A DNA stretch of 64,000 nt from Sphingomicrobium sp. (GCA_039915925.1 JBDSMG010000073.1:14902-78901), one strand, 5' to 3'; positions 36,085 to 46,436 are shown, numbered from the stretch's first letter. Numbers and translations are program-made. Notes: a model not told the origin generated them from the sequence alone.

Positions 36085-38464
36085 CGGTCAGCTTCGCGCT
36101 CTTGAGCTGCGCGGAGGTGGGGCCGGCCGAGACGGTGAAGGTACCGGGCTCGACCACGCGCTTCATCTGCAGGTTCCACAACGACAGTTCGTCGGGTCCA
36201 AGCGCGAAGGTTAGTGTGCGGCGCTCACCAGGCTGAAGGGTCACGCGCTGGAAGCCCTTCAGCTCGATCACCGGTCGGGTGACCGACGCTGCATCGTCGC
36301 GAACGTAGAGCTGCACGACTTCATCGCCGGCCCGGTCCCCGGTGTTCGTCACGTCCACGCTGACCTGAGCCGTCTGGTTCTTGCGGATCGAGGCTTTGGC
36401 GAACCGTGGAGCACCGATGTCAAAGCTGGTGTAGCTCAGGCCGTAGCCGAACGGGTAAAGCGGCGCGTTGGTATCGAACAAATAACCCCGGCGTGCCGTC
36501 GGCTTGCGGTTGTAGAACATCGGCAGCTGGCCGACGTTGCGCGCGATCGACACCGGCAGCTTTCCGCCCGGATTATAAGCTCCGAAGAGGACGTCGGCGA
36601 TCGCATTGCCGGTCTCCTGACCGAGGTACCAGCCCTCGACGATCGCCGGCGCGTTTTCGCTCAGATAGTTGATCGAAAGCGGCCGTCCGTTGAGCAGCAC
36701 GAACACCGTCGGCTTGCGCAGCGCGAGCACTGCTTGCGCGAGTTCGTTCTGCTCGCCGATCAGATCGAGCGAGGTGCGGTCACCGAGGTGATTGTCGGAC
36801 CAGGCCTCGCGGCTGGTTTCCTCGTTATCGCCAAGCACGACGATAATGGCGTCCGCACGGCGTGCCGTTGCAACCGCGTCGGCGATGAGCTTGCGGTTGA
36901 CCTCGGCGGGAATGAGCTTGACCTCATTCTTCGACCAGATTCGGTCTTCGGTAATTCGAACGCCTTCGGAATAATCGACGGCGAAGCGTCCGGCGGCTGC
37001 GTTCTGAATCCCCTCGAGCACGCTGACGACATGGCGCGGCACGTCGCTATAGCCGCCGATCGGCGTGTCGCGGGCGTGGGTGCCGAGGACGGCAATGCGC
37101 TTGAGTGCGGCCGGGTTGAGCGGAAGAAGGCGGTTCTCGTTCTTCAGCAGCACGACGCTCTCGCGGGCCGCTTGCCGGGCAAGGGCAACCGCGTCTGGCG
37201 TGGCTTCCTTGGAAAGCGCGCCAGCGGCATCGACATAGGGATGTTCAAACAGCCCGGCCTGGAACTTCAGTCGAAGGATGCGCCGCACGGCATCATCGAC
37301 CTGCTTTTGCGGAATTCGGCCGGACTGGACCAGTTTCGGCAGCAGGATATAGGCTTCGCCGTCCGGCGTCTCGGAATCGACTCCTGCATTCATCGCGACG
37401 ACCGCCGCGTCATCCACGCTCGCGAACATGGCATGGCGCCGCGACAATTCGGGTATCGCGAAATAGTCACTGACCGTCGCGCCCTTGAACCCCCATTCGC
37501 GGCGGAGGACGTCAGTCAGGAGCCAGCGGTTGGCGTGGCTCGGGACGCCGTCGATCTCGTTGTAAGACGGCATGACGCTCATCGCGTTTCCGTGCTTCAC
37601 CGCCTTTTCGAACGGCGGGAAGAAGTTGGTGCGAAGCTCGCGCTCGCCCAGGTTCGCGGGGCCGACATTTGTGCCGCTTTCAGGCTGGCCGTGGCCGGTC
37701 ATGTGCTTGAGCGTGACGAACACCTTGTCCGGCGCGAGCGGAAGGGTTCGCCCCTGGAAGCCGTGGATCGCGGCGAGCCCCATCTCGGCGACGAGATAGG
37801 GGTCTTCGCCGTAGGTTTCCTCGATGCGGCCCCAACGCGGGTCGCGGGCGACATCCACTACGGGTGCCAAAGCCAGTGTTGCGCCGCGCGCACGCATCTC
37901 GCGCGCGGCAACGCTGAATACTCGCTCCATCAGTCCGCGGTCCCAACTGCTTGCGAGGCCGATCGCCTGTGGGAAGCTGGTTGCGCCCCGCGCGACATAA
38001 CCGTGCAGCGATTCCTCGTGCATCAGGATCGGAATGCCGAGGCGGGTGCGCTCGACGGCCCAGTGCTGAGCGGCATTCACATATTCGGCGGTGTTGCGGG
38101 CATCGCGCCCGACCGATCCGGCGGCGGCTCCCGCTGCGCTGTTGCTTGCGGTGATTCCGCGGCTGTCGGAGGGGCGGGCGATCTGGCCGAGGCCGTTGGG
38201 GAAAGCGGCTGAAGCCTTGTCGGGGGAAAAGGTGCCGTCCGCCGTTTGGATTTTGCCCTTCTGTTCCCAGGCCGTGATCAGCTGGGCCGCCTTTTCCTCG
38301 AGGGTCATCCGCGACAGCAGGTCCTCGACGCGCCGCTCGAGAGGCTGCTTAGCATCCTTGTAGATCGGTGCCTTTTGGGTCGGAGCCGCCGCCGTGGCGG
38401 CAAGCGTGATCGTTGCCAGACCAGCAAGTTTGAGCAACCGGCGCATCGCGGCGATCTTCGTCAT
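36074..38464 (-). CDS. GH3 beta-glucosidase/xylosidase (BglX-like), signal peptide
   Basis: HEESLHG, RDPRWGRIEETYGEDP, TLKHMTG, VSDY nucleophile, GDNE, C-terminal FnIII (DEVVQLY, ELKGFQRV). Confidence 0.92.
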   Translation of the reverse strand: MTKIAAMRRLLKLAGLATITLAATAAAPTQKAPIYKDAKQPLERRVEDLLSRMTLEEKAAQLITAWEQKGKIQTADGTFSPDKASAAFPNGLGQIARPSDSRGITASNSAAGAAAGSVGRDARNTAEYVNAAQHWAVERTRLGIPILMHEESLHGYVARGATSFPQAIGLASSWDRGLMERVFSVAAREMRARGATLALAPVVDVARDPRWGRIEETYGEDPYLVAEMGLAAIHGFQGRTLPLAPDKVFVTLKHMTGHGQPESGTNVGPANLGERELRTNFFPPFEKAVKHGNAMSVMPSYNEIDGVPSHANRWLLTDVLRREWGFKGATVSDYFAIPELSRRHAMFASVDDAAVVAMNAGVDSETPDGEAYILLPKLVQSGRIPQKQVDDAVRRILRLKFQAGLFEHPYVDAAGALSKEATPDAVALARQAARESVVLLKNENRLLPLNPAALKRIAVLGTHARDTPIGGYSDVPRHVVSVLEGIQNAAAGRFAVDYSEGVRITEDRIWSKNEVKLIPAEVNRKLIADAVATARRADAIIVVLGDNEETSREAWSDNHLGDRTSLDLIGEQNELAQAVLALRKPTVFVLLNGRPLSINYLSENAPAIVEGWYLGQETGNAIADVLFGAYNPGGKLPVSIARNVGQLPMFYNRKPTARRGYLFDTNAPLYPFGYGLSYTSFDIGAPRFAKASIRKNQTAQVSVDVTNTGDRAGDEVVQLYVRDDAASVTRPVIELKGFQRVTLQPGERRTLTFALGPDELSLWNLQMKRVVEPGTFTVSAGPTSAQLKSAKLTVTE

Positions 38465-38594
38465 GATTCAGGCATCTCCCCATGCCGGTTGCAGCCTGCA
38501 TTTCAGCTTTCTGTCGAGGCTTTCAGTACGCGGCTTGGTAAGCTCGTCAACGGCTCGTTTGCAATCGTGACGCACGCGCAATAGGCTCCCAGGC

Positions 38595-39698
38595 GTGGCA
38601 AGCAGGGGAGCCAGCCGCCGAGGTCGCGGCACCATAACGATCGAGGACGTTGCACGCGCCGCCGGCGTGTCCGCGATGACCGTCTCGCGCGTGGTCAACG
38701 GCGGCAAGAATGTCCGCGACGCGACCCGCATCAAGGTCATGGAAGCGGTTGAAAAGCTGAAATATTCGCCCAACTCGGCCGCCCGGAGCCTCGCGGCCGG
38801 CCAGCCGCTGCACGTCGGCCTGCTCTATGCCAACCCGAGCGCCGGTTATCTCAGCCAGTTTCTTGTCGGTGCACTGCACGCGGCGCGTCATGCCGGCGCT
38901 CAGATCACGATCGAGGCTTGCGAATCCGAAGATCCGGGTGACCAGGCGGAGGCTGCGCGTCGCTTCGCGCAAGGCGATGTCGACGGAGTGCTGCTTCCGC
39001 CGCCACTGTCGGAATCGCGCCCGATCCTCGCCGAGCTGGCCAGCATCCGTATGCCGTTCGTCACAGTGGCGATGCCCGACCCGAAGCCGCAAAGCCTAAA
39101 CGTCCGCATCGACGACCGCTCGGCGGCCGAGGAAATGACGCGGTACCTGCTCGGCCTCGGTCACCGCCACATCGGCTTCATCAAGGGGCACCCCAACCAC
39201 GTCGCGAGCGGCGACCGGTTCAAGGGCTTCTCGGACGCGGTGAAGGAGGCCGGGCTTAACGTCGGCGACATGCCGGTTGAGCAGGGCTATTTCAGCTATC
39301 GGTCGGGGTTGATCGCGGCCGAGCGGCTGCTCGACCGTCCGAAGCGCCCCACCGCCATTTTCGCGAGCAACGACGATATGGGCGCGGCCGCGATCAGCGT
39401 TGCGCATCGCCGCGGGCTTGATGTGCCGGGCGACGTCAGCGTCGTCGGCTTCGACGACACGATGCTGGCAACGAGCGTCTGGCCCGAGTTGACTACGGTA
39501 AAGCAGCCGATCTCGGCGATGGCCGAGGCCGCGCTGGAATTGCTGATCGCCGACCTGCGCTCGCGTCAGGCCAAGACCCCGCGCAGGGTTCATGAGCGCG
39601 TGCTTGCCCATGCGCTGATCATCCGCGAATCGACCGGCGCGCCACCTGGCGGCAAGACATCGAAACCGAAGCGCAAAACCAAGATTGCGCCGTCGTGA
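38595..39698 (+). CDS. LacI-family transcriptional regulator
   Basis: HTH TIEDVARAAGVSAMTVSRVVN, YSPNSAARSL, IFASNDDMG, SVVGFDD, LTTVKQP. Confidence 0.95.
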   Translation: MASRGASRRGRGTITIEDVARAAGVSAMTVSRVVNGGKNVRDATRIKVMEAVEKLKYSPNSAARSLAAGQPLHVGLLYANPSAGYLSQFLVGALHAARHAGAQITIEACESEDPGDQAEAARRFAQGDVDGVLLPPPLSESRPILAELASIRMPFVTVAMPDPKPQSLNVRIDDRSAAEEMTRYLLGLGHRHIGFIKGHPNHVASGDRFKGFSDAVKEAGLNVGDMPVEQGYFSYRSGLIAAERLLDRPKRPTAIFASNDDMGAAAISVAHRRGLDVPGDVSVVGFDDTMLATSVWPELTTVKQPISAMAEAALELLIADLRSRQAKTPRRVHERVLAHALIIRESTGAPPGGKTSKPKRKTKIAPS

Positions 39699-39703
39699 AA
39701 ACG

Positions 39704-39717
39704 TGTTACCGCTAACA
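39704..39717. promoter_or_regulatory. LacI-family operator TGTTACCGCTAACA
   Basis: Near-palindrome 6 nt after the lacI stop and 35 nt before the sugar porter start. Confidence 0.78.
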
Positions 39718-39751
39718 ACAAACACCGAGTAACGGTGACGAGGAGAGGCGA

Positions 39752-41170
39752 ATGACCGAGGCAAGTCCCCAGCGGGCAAATATGGGATTCATCGGCGCTA
39801 TTGTCGCGGTCGCGACGATCGGCGGCTTTCTGTTCGGCTATGACAGCGGGGCGGTAAACGGGACGCAGGACGGGCTCAGGGCCACCTTCGGGTTGAGCGA
39901 CGCGGGCCTGGGTTTCACCGTTGGCTCGCTGCTCATCGGCTGTTTCATCGGCGCCTTTTTTGCTGGCCGGCTCGCCGACCTGATGGGCCGGCGGAACACG
40001 ATGATGCTCGCTGCACTGCTTTTCCTGATCGGAGCGATTGTTCAGGGCATTGCGCATGAGCAGCTGGTCTTTGTGCTTGCCCGAATAATGGGCGGAATGG
40101 CCGTCGGCGCTGCAAGCGTGCTCTCGCCGGCCTATATCTCGGAAGTCGCACCGGCGAACATTCGCGGGCGCATGACCACCGTGCAGCAGGTGATGATCAT
40201 CACCGGTCTCACGGCCGCCTTCCTGGTGAACTACTTCCTTGCCGCAAAAGCGGGGACGTCCACCGCCACGTTCTGGGCCGGGATCGAAGCATGGCGCTGG
40301 ATGTATTTGATGCAGGCGCTGCCCGCCGCCGTCTTCCTGGGCGCGCTTTTCCTGATTCCGGAAAGCCCGCGCTACCTCGTTTCGAAGGGCCGCAACGACG
40401 AAGCCAGTACCGTGCTTACCAGCCTGTTCGGATCGGACGTCGCGCGCTCGAAGCTTGAAGAAATTCGCGGTAGCTTCAGCGCCGATCACCGCCCGCGGCT
40501 CAGTGACGTACTCGCCCGCAACGGCGGCGGCTTCCTCGGAATGCGCTCGATTGTATGGGTCGGGATCATGCTCGCAGTGTTCCAGCAGCTGGTCGGCATC
40601 AACGTCATCTTCTATTATGGCGCGACGCTGTGGCAGCTGGCCGGCTTCAACGAGAATGACTCGCTCCTGATCAACATCGGTTCGGGCGCAGTGTCGATCG
40701 CCGCTTGTTTCGTGACGATCGCACTTGTGGACAAGATCGGCCGCAAGCCGCTGTTGTTAATTGGTTCGGCCGGCATGGCCGTGACCCTGTTCGTGATGGT
40801 CTATGCGTTCAGCCAGGGGTCGCTCGACCCGGCCGGCAAACTGGTGCTGACGCCAGGCCTGGGCAAGGTCGCGGTCGTTGCAGCGAACCTGTATGTGATC
40901 TTCTTCAACGTCAGCTGGGGCCCGATCATGTGGGTCATGCTGGGCGAGATGTTCCCGAACCAGATCCGCGGATCGGCGCTGGCCGTGTGCGGCTTCTTCC
41001 AATGGTTCGCCAACTATCTGATCGCGCAGAGCTTCCCGGTTATGGCGGCCAAGCTCGGCCTCGCCGCCAGCTACACTTTCTACGGCGTGTCGGCGGTGGT
41101 CAGCTTCTTCCTCGTGCAGAAGTTCATTCACGAGACGAAGGGCAAGGAGCTGGAGCAGATGGAGGGCTGA
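39752..41170 (+). CDS. Sugar porter family MFS transporter (XylE/GlcP-like)
   Basis: GGFLFGYDSG, DLMGRR, YISEVAPANIRG, PESPRYL, QQLVGINVIFYY, GEMFPNQIRG, ETKGKELE. Confidence 0.93.
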   Translation: MTEASPQRANMGFIGAIVAVATIGGFLFGYDSGAVNGTQDGLRATFGLSDAGLGFTVGSLLIGCFIGAFFAGRLADLMGRRNTMMLAALLFLIGAIVQGIAHEQLVFVLARIMGGMAVGAASVLSPAYISEVAPANIRGRMTTVQQVMIITGLTAAFLVNYFLAAKAGTSTATFWAGIEAWRWMYLMQALPAAVFLGALFLIPESPRYLVSKGRNDEASTVLTSLFGSDVARSKLEEIRGSFSADHRPRLSDVLARNGGGFLGMRSIVWVGIMLAVFQQLVGINVIFYYGATLWQLAGFNENDSLLINIGSGAVSIAACFVTIALVDKIGRKPLLLIGSAGMAVTLFVMVYAFSQGSLDPAGKLVLTPGLGKVAVVAANLYVIFFNVSWGPIMWVMLGEMFPNQIRGSALAVCGFFQWFANYLIAQSFPVMAAKLGLAASYTFYGVSAVVSFFLVQKFIHETKGKELEQMEG

Positions 41171-41191
41171 TGCTCTTCACCTTTTGACCTC

Positions 41192-41230
41192 AAGGGCGGT
41201 CGCGCTATGCGTTGGCCGCCCTTTCTTTTT
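41192..41230 (+). terminator. Rho-independent terminator after the sugar porter
   Basis: AAGGGCGGTC...GGCCGCCCTT stem followed by TCTTTTT. Confidence 0.72.
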
Positions 41231-41250
41231 GGGCTGGGAGGACGTTTGGA

Positions 41251-42921
41251 ATGGCGACAGTGGGCGAAGGCGATCTGTTCGAAGGCACGGAGAAGGGCCA
41301 GCATCCGGCGCTGGTGATCGCGGCCGCGTCGCTCGGTACTATTTTCGAATGGTACGACTTTTACCTCTACGGCCTGATGATCACGGTCCTCACGTCCAAG
41401 TTCTTCGCTGGCGTGAACGAGACCACCGGTTTCATCCTGGCGCTCGCAGCGTTTGGCGCAGGATTCCTTGTCCGCCCGTTCGGTGCCATAGTTTTTGGCC
41501 GGATTGGTGATTTGGTCGGACGGAAACAGACGTTCCTAGTGGCGATGGGCATGATGGGCTTCTCAACGTTCGCCGTTGGTCTGCTTCCGACTTACGCCAG
41601 CGTCGGAGTGCTAGCCCCAGTTCTGCTTGTCACCTTGCGATTGTTGCAGGGCCTTGCCCTTGGCGGACAATATGGCGGCGCTGCGACCTATGTCGCCGAG
41701 CACGCGCCCGACAACAAGCGCGGGTTCTACACCAGCTGGATTCAGACCACCGCAACACTCGGCCTGTTTGTGTGCCTGCTGGTTGTGATCGGGACGCGCA
41801 CCGCAATCGGGGAAGACGCTTTCGCAGCCTGGGGCTGGCGATTGCCGTTCCTCGTTTCGGTCGTGCTGTTGCTTGTGTCCTTGTGGGTTCGACAGCAACT
41901 CGACGAGAGCCCGGTCTACAAAAGGATGAAGGACGCCGGAGCGACGTCCAAGGCGCCGCTCACGGAAGCGTTCGCCAAGTGGCCCAACCTTCGCATCGTG
42001 GTGATAGCCTTGTTTGGCGCCGTCGCGGGTCAGGCGGTCGTTTGGTACACTGGGCAATTTTACGCACTGTTGTTTCTCGAAAAAACCCTGAAGCTCGACG
42101 GTGCCACTACGAACATCATGGTCGCCACGGCGCTCGCGCTGGGAACGCCCTTCTTCGTCTTCTTCGGCTGGCTGTCCGACCGAATTGGCCGCAAGCCGAT
42201 TATCCTGACGGGGTGCCTGCTTGCGGCGCTCACATACATGCCCTTGTTCCATGCGCTCGCGAATGCCGTGAACCCGGCGCTCGCCCAAGCGCAGGCGAGT
42301 GCTCCGGCGACGATCGTTGCCGATCCAGCGGATTGCTCGGTGCAGTTCGATCCGATCGGCAAGAACAAGTTCGACCGCCGCTCGTGCGACGTGGTGAAGG
42401 CATTCGTGGCAAAGGCGGGCGTCAGTTACGCGAACCAGCAGGCACCGGCGGGATCACAAGCGCGCCTCGTGCTCGGCAGCCAGACAATTGCGGCTCCCGA
42501 CTCCGCAACGCTCGCTGGCGCAGGGAAAGCTGACGCGATCAAGGCGTTCCAGGACAGCGCGGCCGCCGGTCTCAAATCCGCCGGCTATCCGGCCAAGGCC
42601 GACCCGGCGCAGATCAACAAGCCATTGGCGATTCTGATCCTGTTCGTCCTCGTCCTCTATGTGACGATGGTCTACGGGCCGATCGCGGCGTTGCTGGTGG
42701 AGGCGTTCCCGGCGCGGATCCGCTACACCAGCATGTCGCTGCCCTATCACGTCGGCAATGGCTGGTTCGGCGGCTTCCTGCCGACCATCGCCTTCGCGAT
42801 CGTCGCCGCCAATGGGAATATCTATTCGGGCCTGTGGTACCCGATCATCATTGCCTTGCTGACGGTGGTCGTCGGGCTGCTGTTCCTGCGCGAACCGCGC
42901 AGACACTCGCTCGATCACTGA
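41251..42921 (+). CDS. MFS transporter, metabolite:H+ symporter (MHS) family
   Basis: From ATG 41251: GTIFEWYDFYLY, RPFGAIVFGRIGDLVGRK, LQGLALGGQYGG, DRIGRKP, EAFPARIRYT; periplasmic insert with two Cys. Confidence 0.88.
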   Translation: MATVGEGDLFEGTEKGQHPALVIAAASLGTIFEWYDFYLYGLMITVLTSKFFAGVNETTGFILALAAFGAGFLVRPFGAIVFGRIGDLVGRKQTFLVAMGMMGFSTFAVGLLPTYASVGVLAPVLLVTLRLLQGLALGGQYGGAATYVAEHAPDNKRGFYTSWIQTTATLGLFVCLLVVIGTRTAIGEDAFAAWGWRLPFLVSVVLLLVSLWVRQQLDESPVYKRMKDAGATSKAPLTEAFAKWPNLRIVVIALFGAVAGQAVVWYTGQFYALLFLEKTLKLDGATTNIMVATALALGTPFFVFFGWLSDRIGRKPIILTGCLLAALTYMPLFHALANAVNPALAQAQASAPATIVADPADCSVQFDPIGKNKFDRRSCDVVKAFVAKAGVSYANQQAPAGSQARLVLGSQTIAAPDSATLAGAGKADAIKAFQDSAAAGLKSAGYPAKADPAQINKPLAILILFVLVLYVTMVYGPIAALLVEAFPARIRYTSMSLPYHVGNGWFGGFLPTIAFAIVAANGNIYSGLWYPIIIALLTVVVGLLFLREPRRHSLDH

Positions 42922-44828
42922 GCGATCGGCAGCTCGAACGGCGGTACCGGCAGCCGTTCCGGGCCGTAGACATTGACGATCGGATAGTCGGCCCACGCAT
43001 AGCGCACCCGTGTGGCTGGCTTGCCGTCGCCGGCGACGATCATCGTCGAACCGTCGAGCTGCGCATTGGCATAGCGGCAGCTGTCCTGCGTTTCCGCGCA
43101 TAGTTCGACGCCGACGGGGGCGCCGCTGTAACTGATGACGGGCTTGTCGAAGGTGACCACGACCGCCGACGCGTTCCGCGCAGCCCGGAGCGGTTTCGGT
43201 TCGAGCACTCCCTTGGGATCGCCATAAGCAAGCGTTTCGGCGGCTAGCGTCAGCCTGCGCCCAACCTCCTGCTTGTTGGTCGGGTGGATATCGGCCGGCA
43301 CGCCGATGTCGATGGCACTTACCAAGGCGGAGCGCGGATCGGCGTCGGTGCCCTTGCGCTGCTCGTTGATGGTCGCGGCCCAGCCGCTGGCCGTGGGTTT
43401 GCTTGCCATGGGGCCGAAGCCGGCCAGCCCGACGATCAGGAACGACAACTGCGGTTCGCGGAACTGCCCGCGCCATGATTTCATCATTGCCAGCAGACGC
43501 TGGTCATAGCCCGAACGGCCCACATCGGCCTCGCCCTGATACCAGGCCGCTCCCTTGAGATGGATCGGACCGAGCGGCGCAATCATGCCATTGTAAAGGG
43601 TCGTCGCGGAAACGCCCTGGTCCCAGGGCGGTGTCGGCGGAACACCGACTTCGGCCGGAATGACCGAATATTGCCAGCCCTCGGCGAGCGGCTTGCTGCT
43701 GCCGTCCGCAAAGCTAAGCTTCAGCATCTCCGGCGGGCTCCAGAAGCCGCCGCCACCGCCCGTGTCGAGTACATAGACGACGACTTCGTTCCCGCCGGCT
43801 TTCAGGACGCCGGGCCGAAGCATGTAGTTGCGGGGCAGGTTATAACCGCTGGTTTGCCCGGCCACCTGGCCGTTGACGAAAGTGCGGTCGAGATCGTCGA
43901 TCGCGCCGAGGCTGAGCGTTGCGCCCTGGGCGGCCTGCTCGGGCGTAAGCGTGAAGCGGACGCGCGCCCAGATGGCGCCGTTGAAATCGGCAAATTTCGG
44001 ATCGCCCCACTGCTCCCACAGGCCGATCCTGAGCATCGGAGTCCAGGACAGGCGGTCGCTGGCGAGCCAGGGCGGCGCGCCGTTGGTGTGGGTCCGCCAC
44101 CAATTCTCCCACAAGGAGTCGAACTTGCGGATCATTGCCTGGGGATCGCGGCGGTATTCCTGGAGCAGCGCGATCTCTTCCGCGCCGCCGGTGGACCGCA
44201 CTGCGGCATCGTCCATCCACGCACGAATCTCGGTTCCGCCCCAGGTGGAATCGATCGCGCCGACCGGAACGCCGTGCGACTGGCGAAGCGCGCGAGCCAT
44301 GAAATAGCAGGCCGCCGAAAACTGCTTGGCCGATTCCGGGGTTGTCGGCCGCCACTTCACATCTTGCGCGAGGAAAGTCTGCGGGGCCGTCTGACGATTT
44401 TGCGGCACCTTCATGAGGCGCAGCTGCGGGTCGTTGGCGTTGGCCACATCGCCTTCCGCGTTCATTGCGCGGTAGAGCGGATATTCCATGTTCGACTGGC
44501 CGGAGCACAGCCACACGTCGCCGGCGACGAGGTCGCCGGACGAGGTGGTCGAGCCGTCCTTGCCGTGCACTTCAAGCCGGTAGGTGGACCCTTCGGCTAG
44601 CGCCGGGAAGTCGGCAGCCCAAAGGCCGTCCTTGCCGGCCTTGGCGTTGCGGGTCTGGCCGGCCAATGCCACCGTCACCTGCTCTCCAGGATTTGCAGTG
44701 CCACGAACTCGGACGGGCGCTCCACGCTGGACAACGGCATGATCGCCAAATGCCGGATCGATCGTCGGACTAGCGGCCGCCGCAGTGGAGGCCAGCATCG
44801 ACAGGATCAGTAGCGAACGAGTGGACAT
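42915..44828 (-). CDS. SGNH sialate-O-acetylesterase-like protein, candidate CE20 xyloglucan/xylan acetylesterase
   Basis: Signal peptide; GDVWLCSGQSNM, WGGT, inserted sugar-binding-like domain, WYQGEAD, DIHPTNKQEVGRRL. Confidence 0.8.
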   Translation of the reverse strand: MSTRSLLILSMLASTAAAASPTIDPAFGDHAVVQRGAPVRVRGTANPGEQVTVALAGQTRNAKAGKDGLWAADFPALAEGSTYRLEVHGKDGSTTSSGDLVAGDVWLCSGQSNMEYPLYRAMNAEGDVANANDPQLRLMKVPQNRQTAPQTFLAQDVKWRPTTPESAKQFSAACYFMARALRQSHGVPVGAIDSTWGGTEIRAWMDDAAVRSTGGAEEIALLQEYRRDPQAMIRKFDSLWENWWRTHTNGAPPWLASDRLSWTPMLRIGLWEQWGDPKFADFNGAIWARVRFTLTPEQAAQGATLSLGAIDDLDRTFVNGQVAGQTSGYNLPRNYMLRPGVLKAGGNEVVVYVLDTGGGGGFWSPPEMLKLSFADGSSKPLAEGWQYSVIPAEVGVPPTPPWDQGVSATTLYNGMIAPLGPIHLKGAAWYQGEADVGRSGYDQRLLAMMKSWRGQFREPQLSFLIVGLAGFGPMASKPTASGWAATINEQRKGTDADPRSALVSAIDIGVPADIHPTNKQEVGRRLTLAAETLAYGDPKGVLEPKPLRAARNASAVVVTFDKPVISYSGAPVGVELCAETQDSCRYANAQLDGSTMIVAGDGKPATRVRYAWADYPIVNVYGPERLPVPPFELPIAQ

Positions 44829-45679
44829 GGGACACCTGCAACTTCGACCTGGAAGGAAAAGAGATCGCCGGCTTGTTGCTGCTGCTCCAGTGCCTCGGCG
44901 CTCATCCCCTGACGGGCCGAGGTCGCGAACACGGTGCGCAGATCGGGACCACCGAACGCGATCTTGGTGATGTTGGCGGCGGGCAGGCGGACGCGCTGCA
45001 CGATGTCGCCGGCGGGCGAGTAACGGCGCGTTTCCCAGCCGTCGTAAAGGGAGACCCAGAGATGGCCTTCGCTGTCGATCGTCGGTCCGTCGGGATAGCC
45101 TTCGCCATCCGCGATGGCGGCGAACAGGCGGTAATTGCTCAATGATCCATCATCGGCGATGTCGGCCGCGCGGATCGTCTTGGCGAGCGTGTCGATGTAA
45201 TAAAGGATGCGTCCATCCGGCGAGACGGCGGGCCCATTGGTGATGCAAATGCCGGTGAGTTCGGTCGGCTCAACACGGCCATTCACGAACCGGTAGAAAG
45301 CGCCGCTGTCGGCCTTCTCGTCATTGTCCATCGATCCGAACCACATGGTTCCGGACGGATCGGTCACCGCGTCGTTCAGGCGGTTGGCGGGGAGGTCGGC
45401 TTCAAGTTCGGCGATGGGCGTGAAACTGCCGTCCGTTTCATCGAACTTATGCAGCCCGCTTTGCAGGCCGGCGACGAATCCGCCACTCTTCGCCGGCAGG
45501 ATAAAGCCGACCATTTCCGGCGCGTCCCAACTACGCTTGTCGCCGCTTGCCGGATCGAGGCGGTGAATGTGCTTTTTCTTGATGTCGACGAACCACAGCG
45601 CCTGGTCCCGCTCTACCCAAACCGGGCCTTCGCCTAGCTCGCATTGCGTGTTCCAGACGTTCCGCGGTTCACTCGCCAT
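44807..45679 (-). CDS. xylC: SMP-30/gluconolactonase family, xylonolactonase
   Basis: ELGEGPVW, RLNDA, ITNGPA, YPDGPTID; start ATG 45679 overlapping the xylB TGA; context of Caulobacter xylBC. Confidence 0.82.
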   Translation of the reverse strand: MASEPRNVWNTQCELGEGPVWVERDQALWFVDIKKKHIHRLDPASGDKRSWDAPEMVGFILPAKSGGFVAGLQSGLHKFDETDGSFTPIAELEADLPANRLNDAVTDPSGTMWFGSMDNDEKADSGAFYRFVNGRVEPTELTGICITNGPAVSPDGRILYYIDTLAKTIRAADIADDGSLSNYRLFAAIADGEGYPDGPTIDSEGHLWVSLYDGWETRRYSPAGDIVQRVRLPAANITKIAFGGPDLRTVFATSARQGMSAEALEQQQQAGDLFSFQVEVAGVPCPLVRY

Positions 45680-46422
45680 CAGCGCCACCCTGCATCGACG
45701 AAATAATCGTGACCGGTGATCAGGCGGGCGTCATCGGATGCCAGGAACATCACCAAAGCGGCAACGTCTTCCGGCACCAGGCGGCCCTTCAGGCATTGCG
45801 CGTCGACGATTTCCTGCTCGCCCTCAGGCGTATACCATTTCAGCTGGCGCGGCGTCCGCACGTTACCCGGGATGACCGAGGTGACCCGGATATTGTCGGG
45901 CCCGAGATCGCGGGCGAGCGAGCGTGTAAGCCCTTCAATGGCCGCCTTGGCCGTTTGATAGAGCGGCATGTCTGGAAGGCCAAGATGCCAGCTGATCGAA
46001 CCCAGGTTCACGATCACCCCGCCGCCCTTGGCCCTCATCGCCGGGATCACCGCCTGCGCGCAGAAGAAAAGGTGCTTGAGGTTCACGCTGAAGCGCTCGT
46101 CCCAATATTCCTCGGTGACGTCCTCGACCTTGTGGCGGTCGTCGTTCGCGGCATTGTTGACGAGGACGTCGAACGGGCCGTTGTCGGCGATCGCCTGCTT
46201 CACCGCGGCGATATTGGTCAGGTCCGTGTGCACGAACTTCGCGCCTGTCCGCCCGGCAACCGCAGGCGCGTCGCCGCAGATGTCGAAGAAGGCCACGTCC
46301 GAGCCCTGGCGAGCGAAGCCTTCGACCAGCCCTTCACCAATTCCGGAACCGCCGCCGGTGATGAGGACCTTTTTGCCCTTGAGGCTGGGGTAAATGGCGC
46401 GCTGGTCGCTCGCTTCGGTCAC
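45679..46422 (-). CDS. xylB: SDR D-xylose 1-dehydrogenase
   Basis: AIYPSLKGKKVLITGGGSGIG, VLVNNAANDDRH, YQTAK, GNVRTPRQLKWYTPEGE closely resemble Caulobacter XylB as I recall it. Confidence 0.88.
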   Translation of the reverse strand: MTEASDQRAIYPSLKGKKVLITGGGSGIGEGLVEGFARQGSDVAFFDICGDAPAVAGRTGAKFVHTDLTNIAAVKQAIADNGPFDVLVNNAANDDRHKVEDVTEEYWDERFSVNLKHLFFCAQAVIPAMRAKGGGVIVNLGSISWHLGLPDMPLYQTAKAAIEGLTRSLARDLGPDNIRVTSVIPGNVRTPRQLKWYTPEGEQEIVDAQCLKGRLVPEDVAALVMFLASDDARLITGHDYFVDAGWR

Positions 46423-46436
46423 AGAGAATCCTTCGT

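Noticed and set aside
38538-38551. TGGTAAGCTCGTCA between GH3 and lacI as an autoregulatory operator
   Set aside because: About 9/14 match and lacks the central CG.
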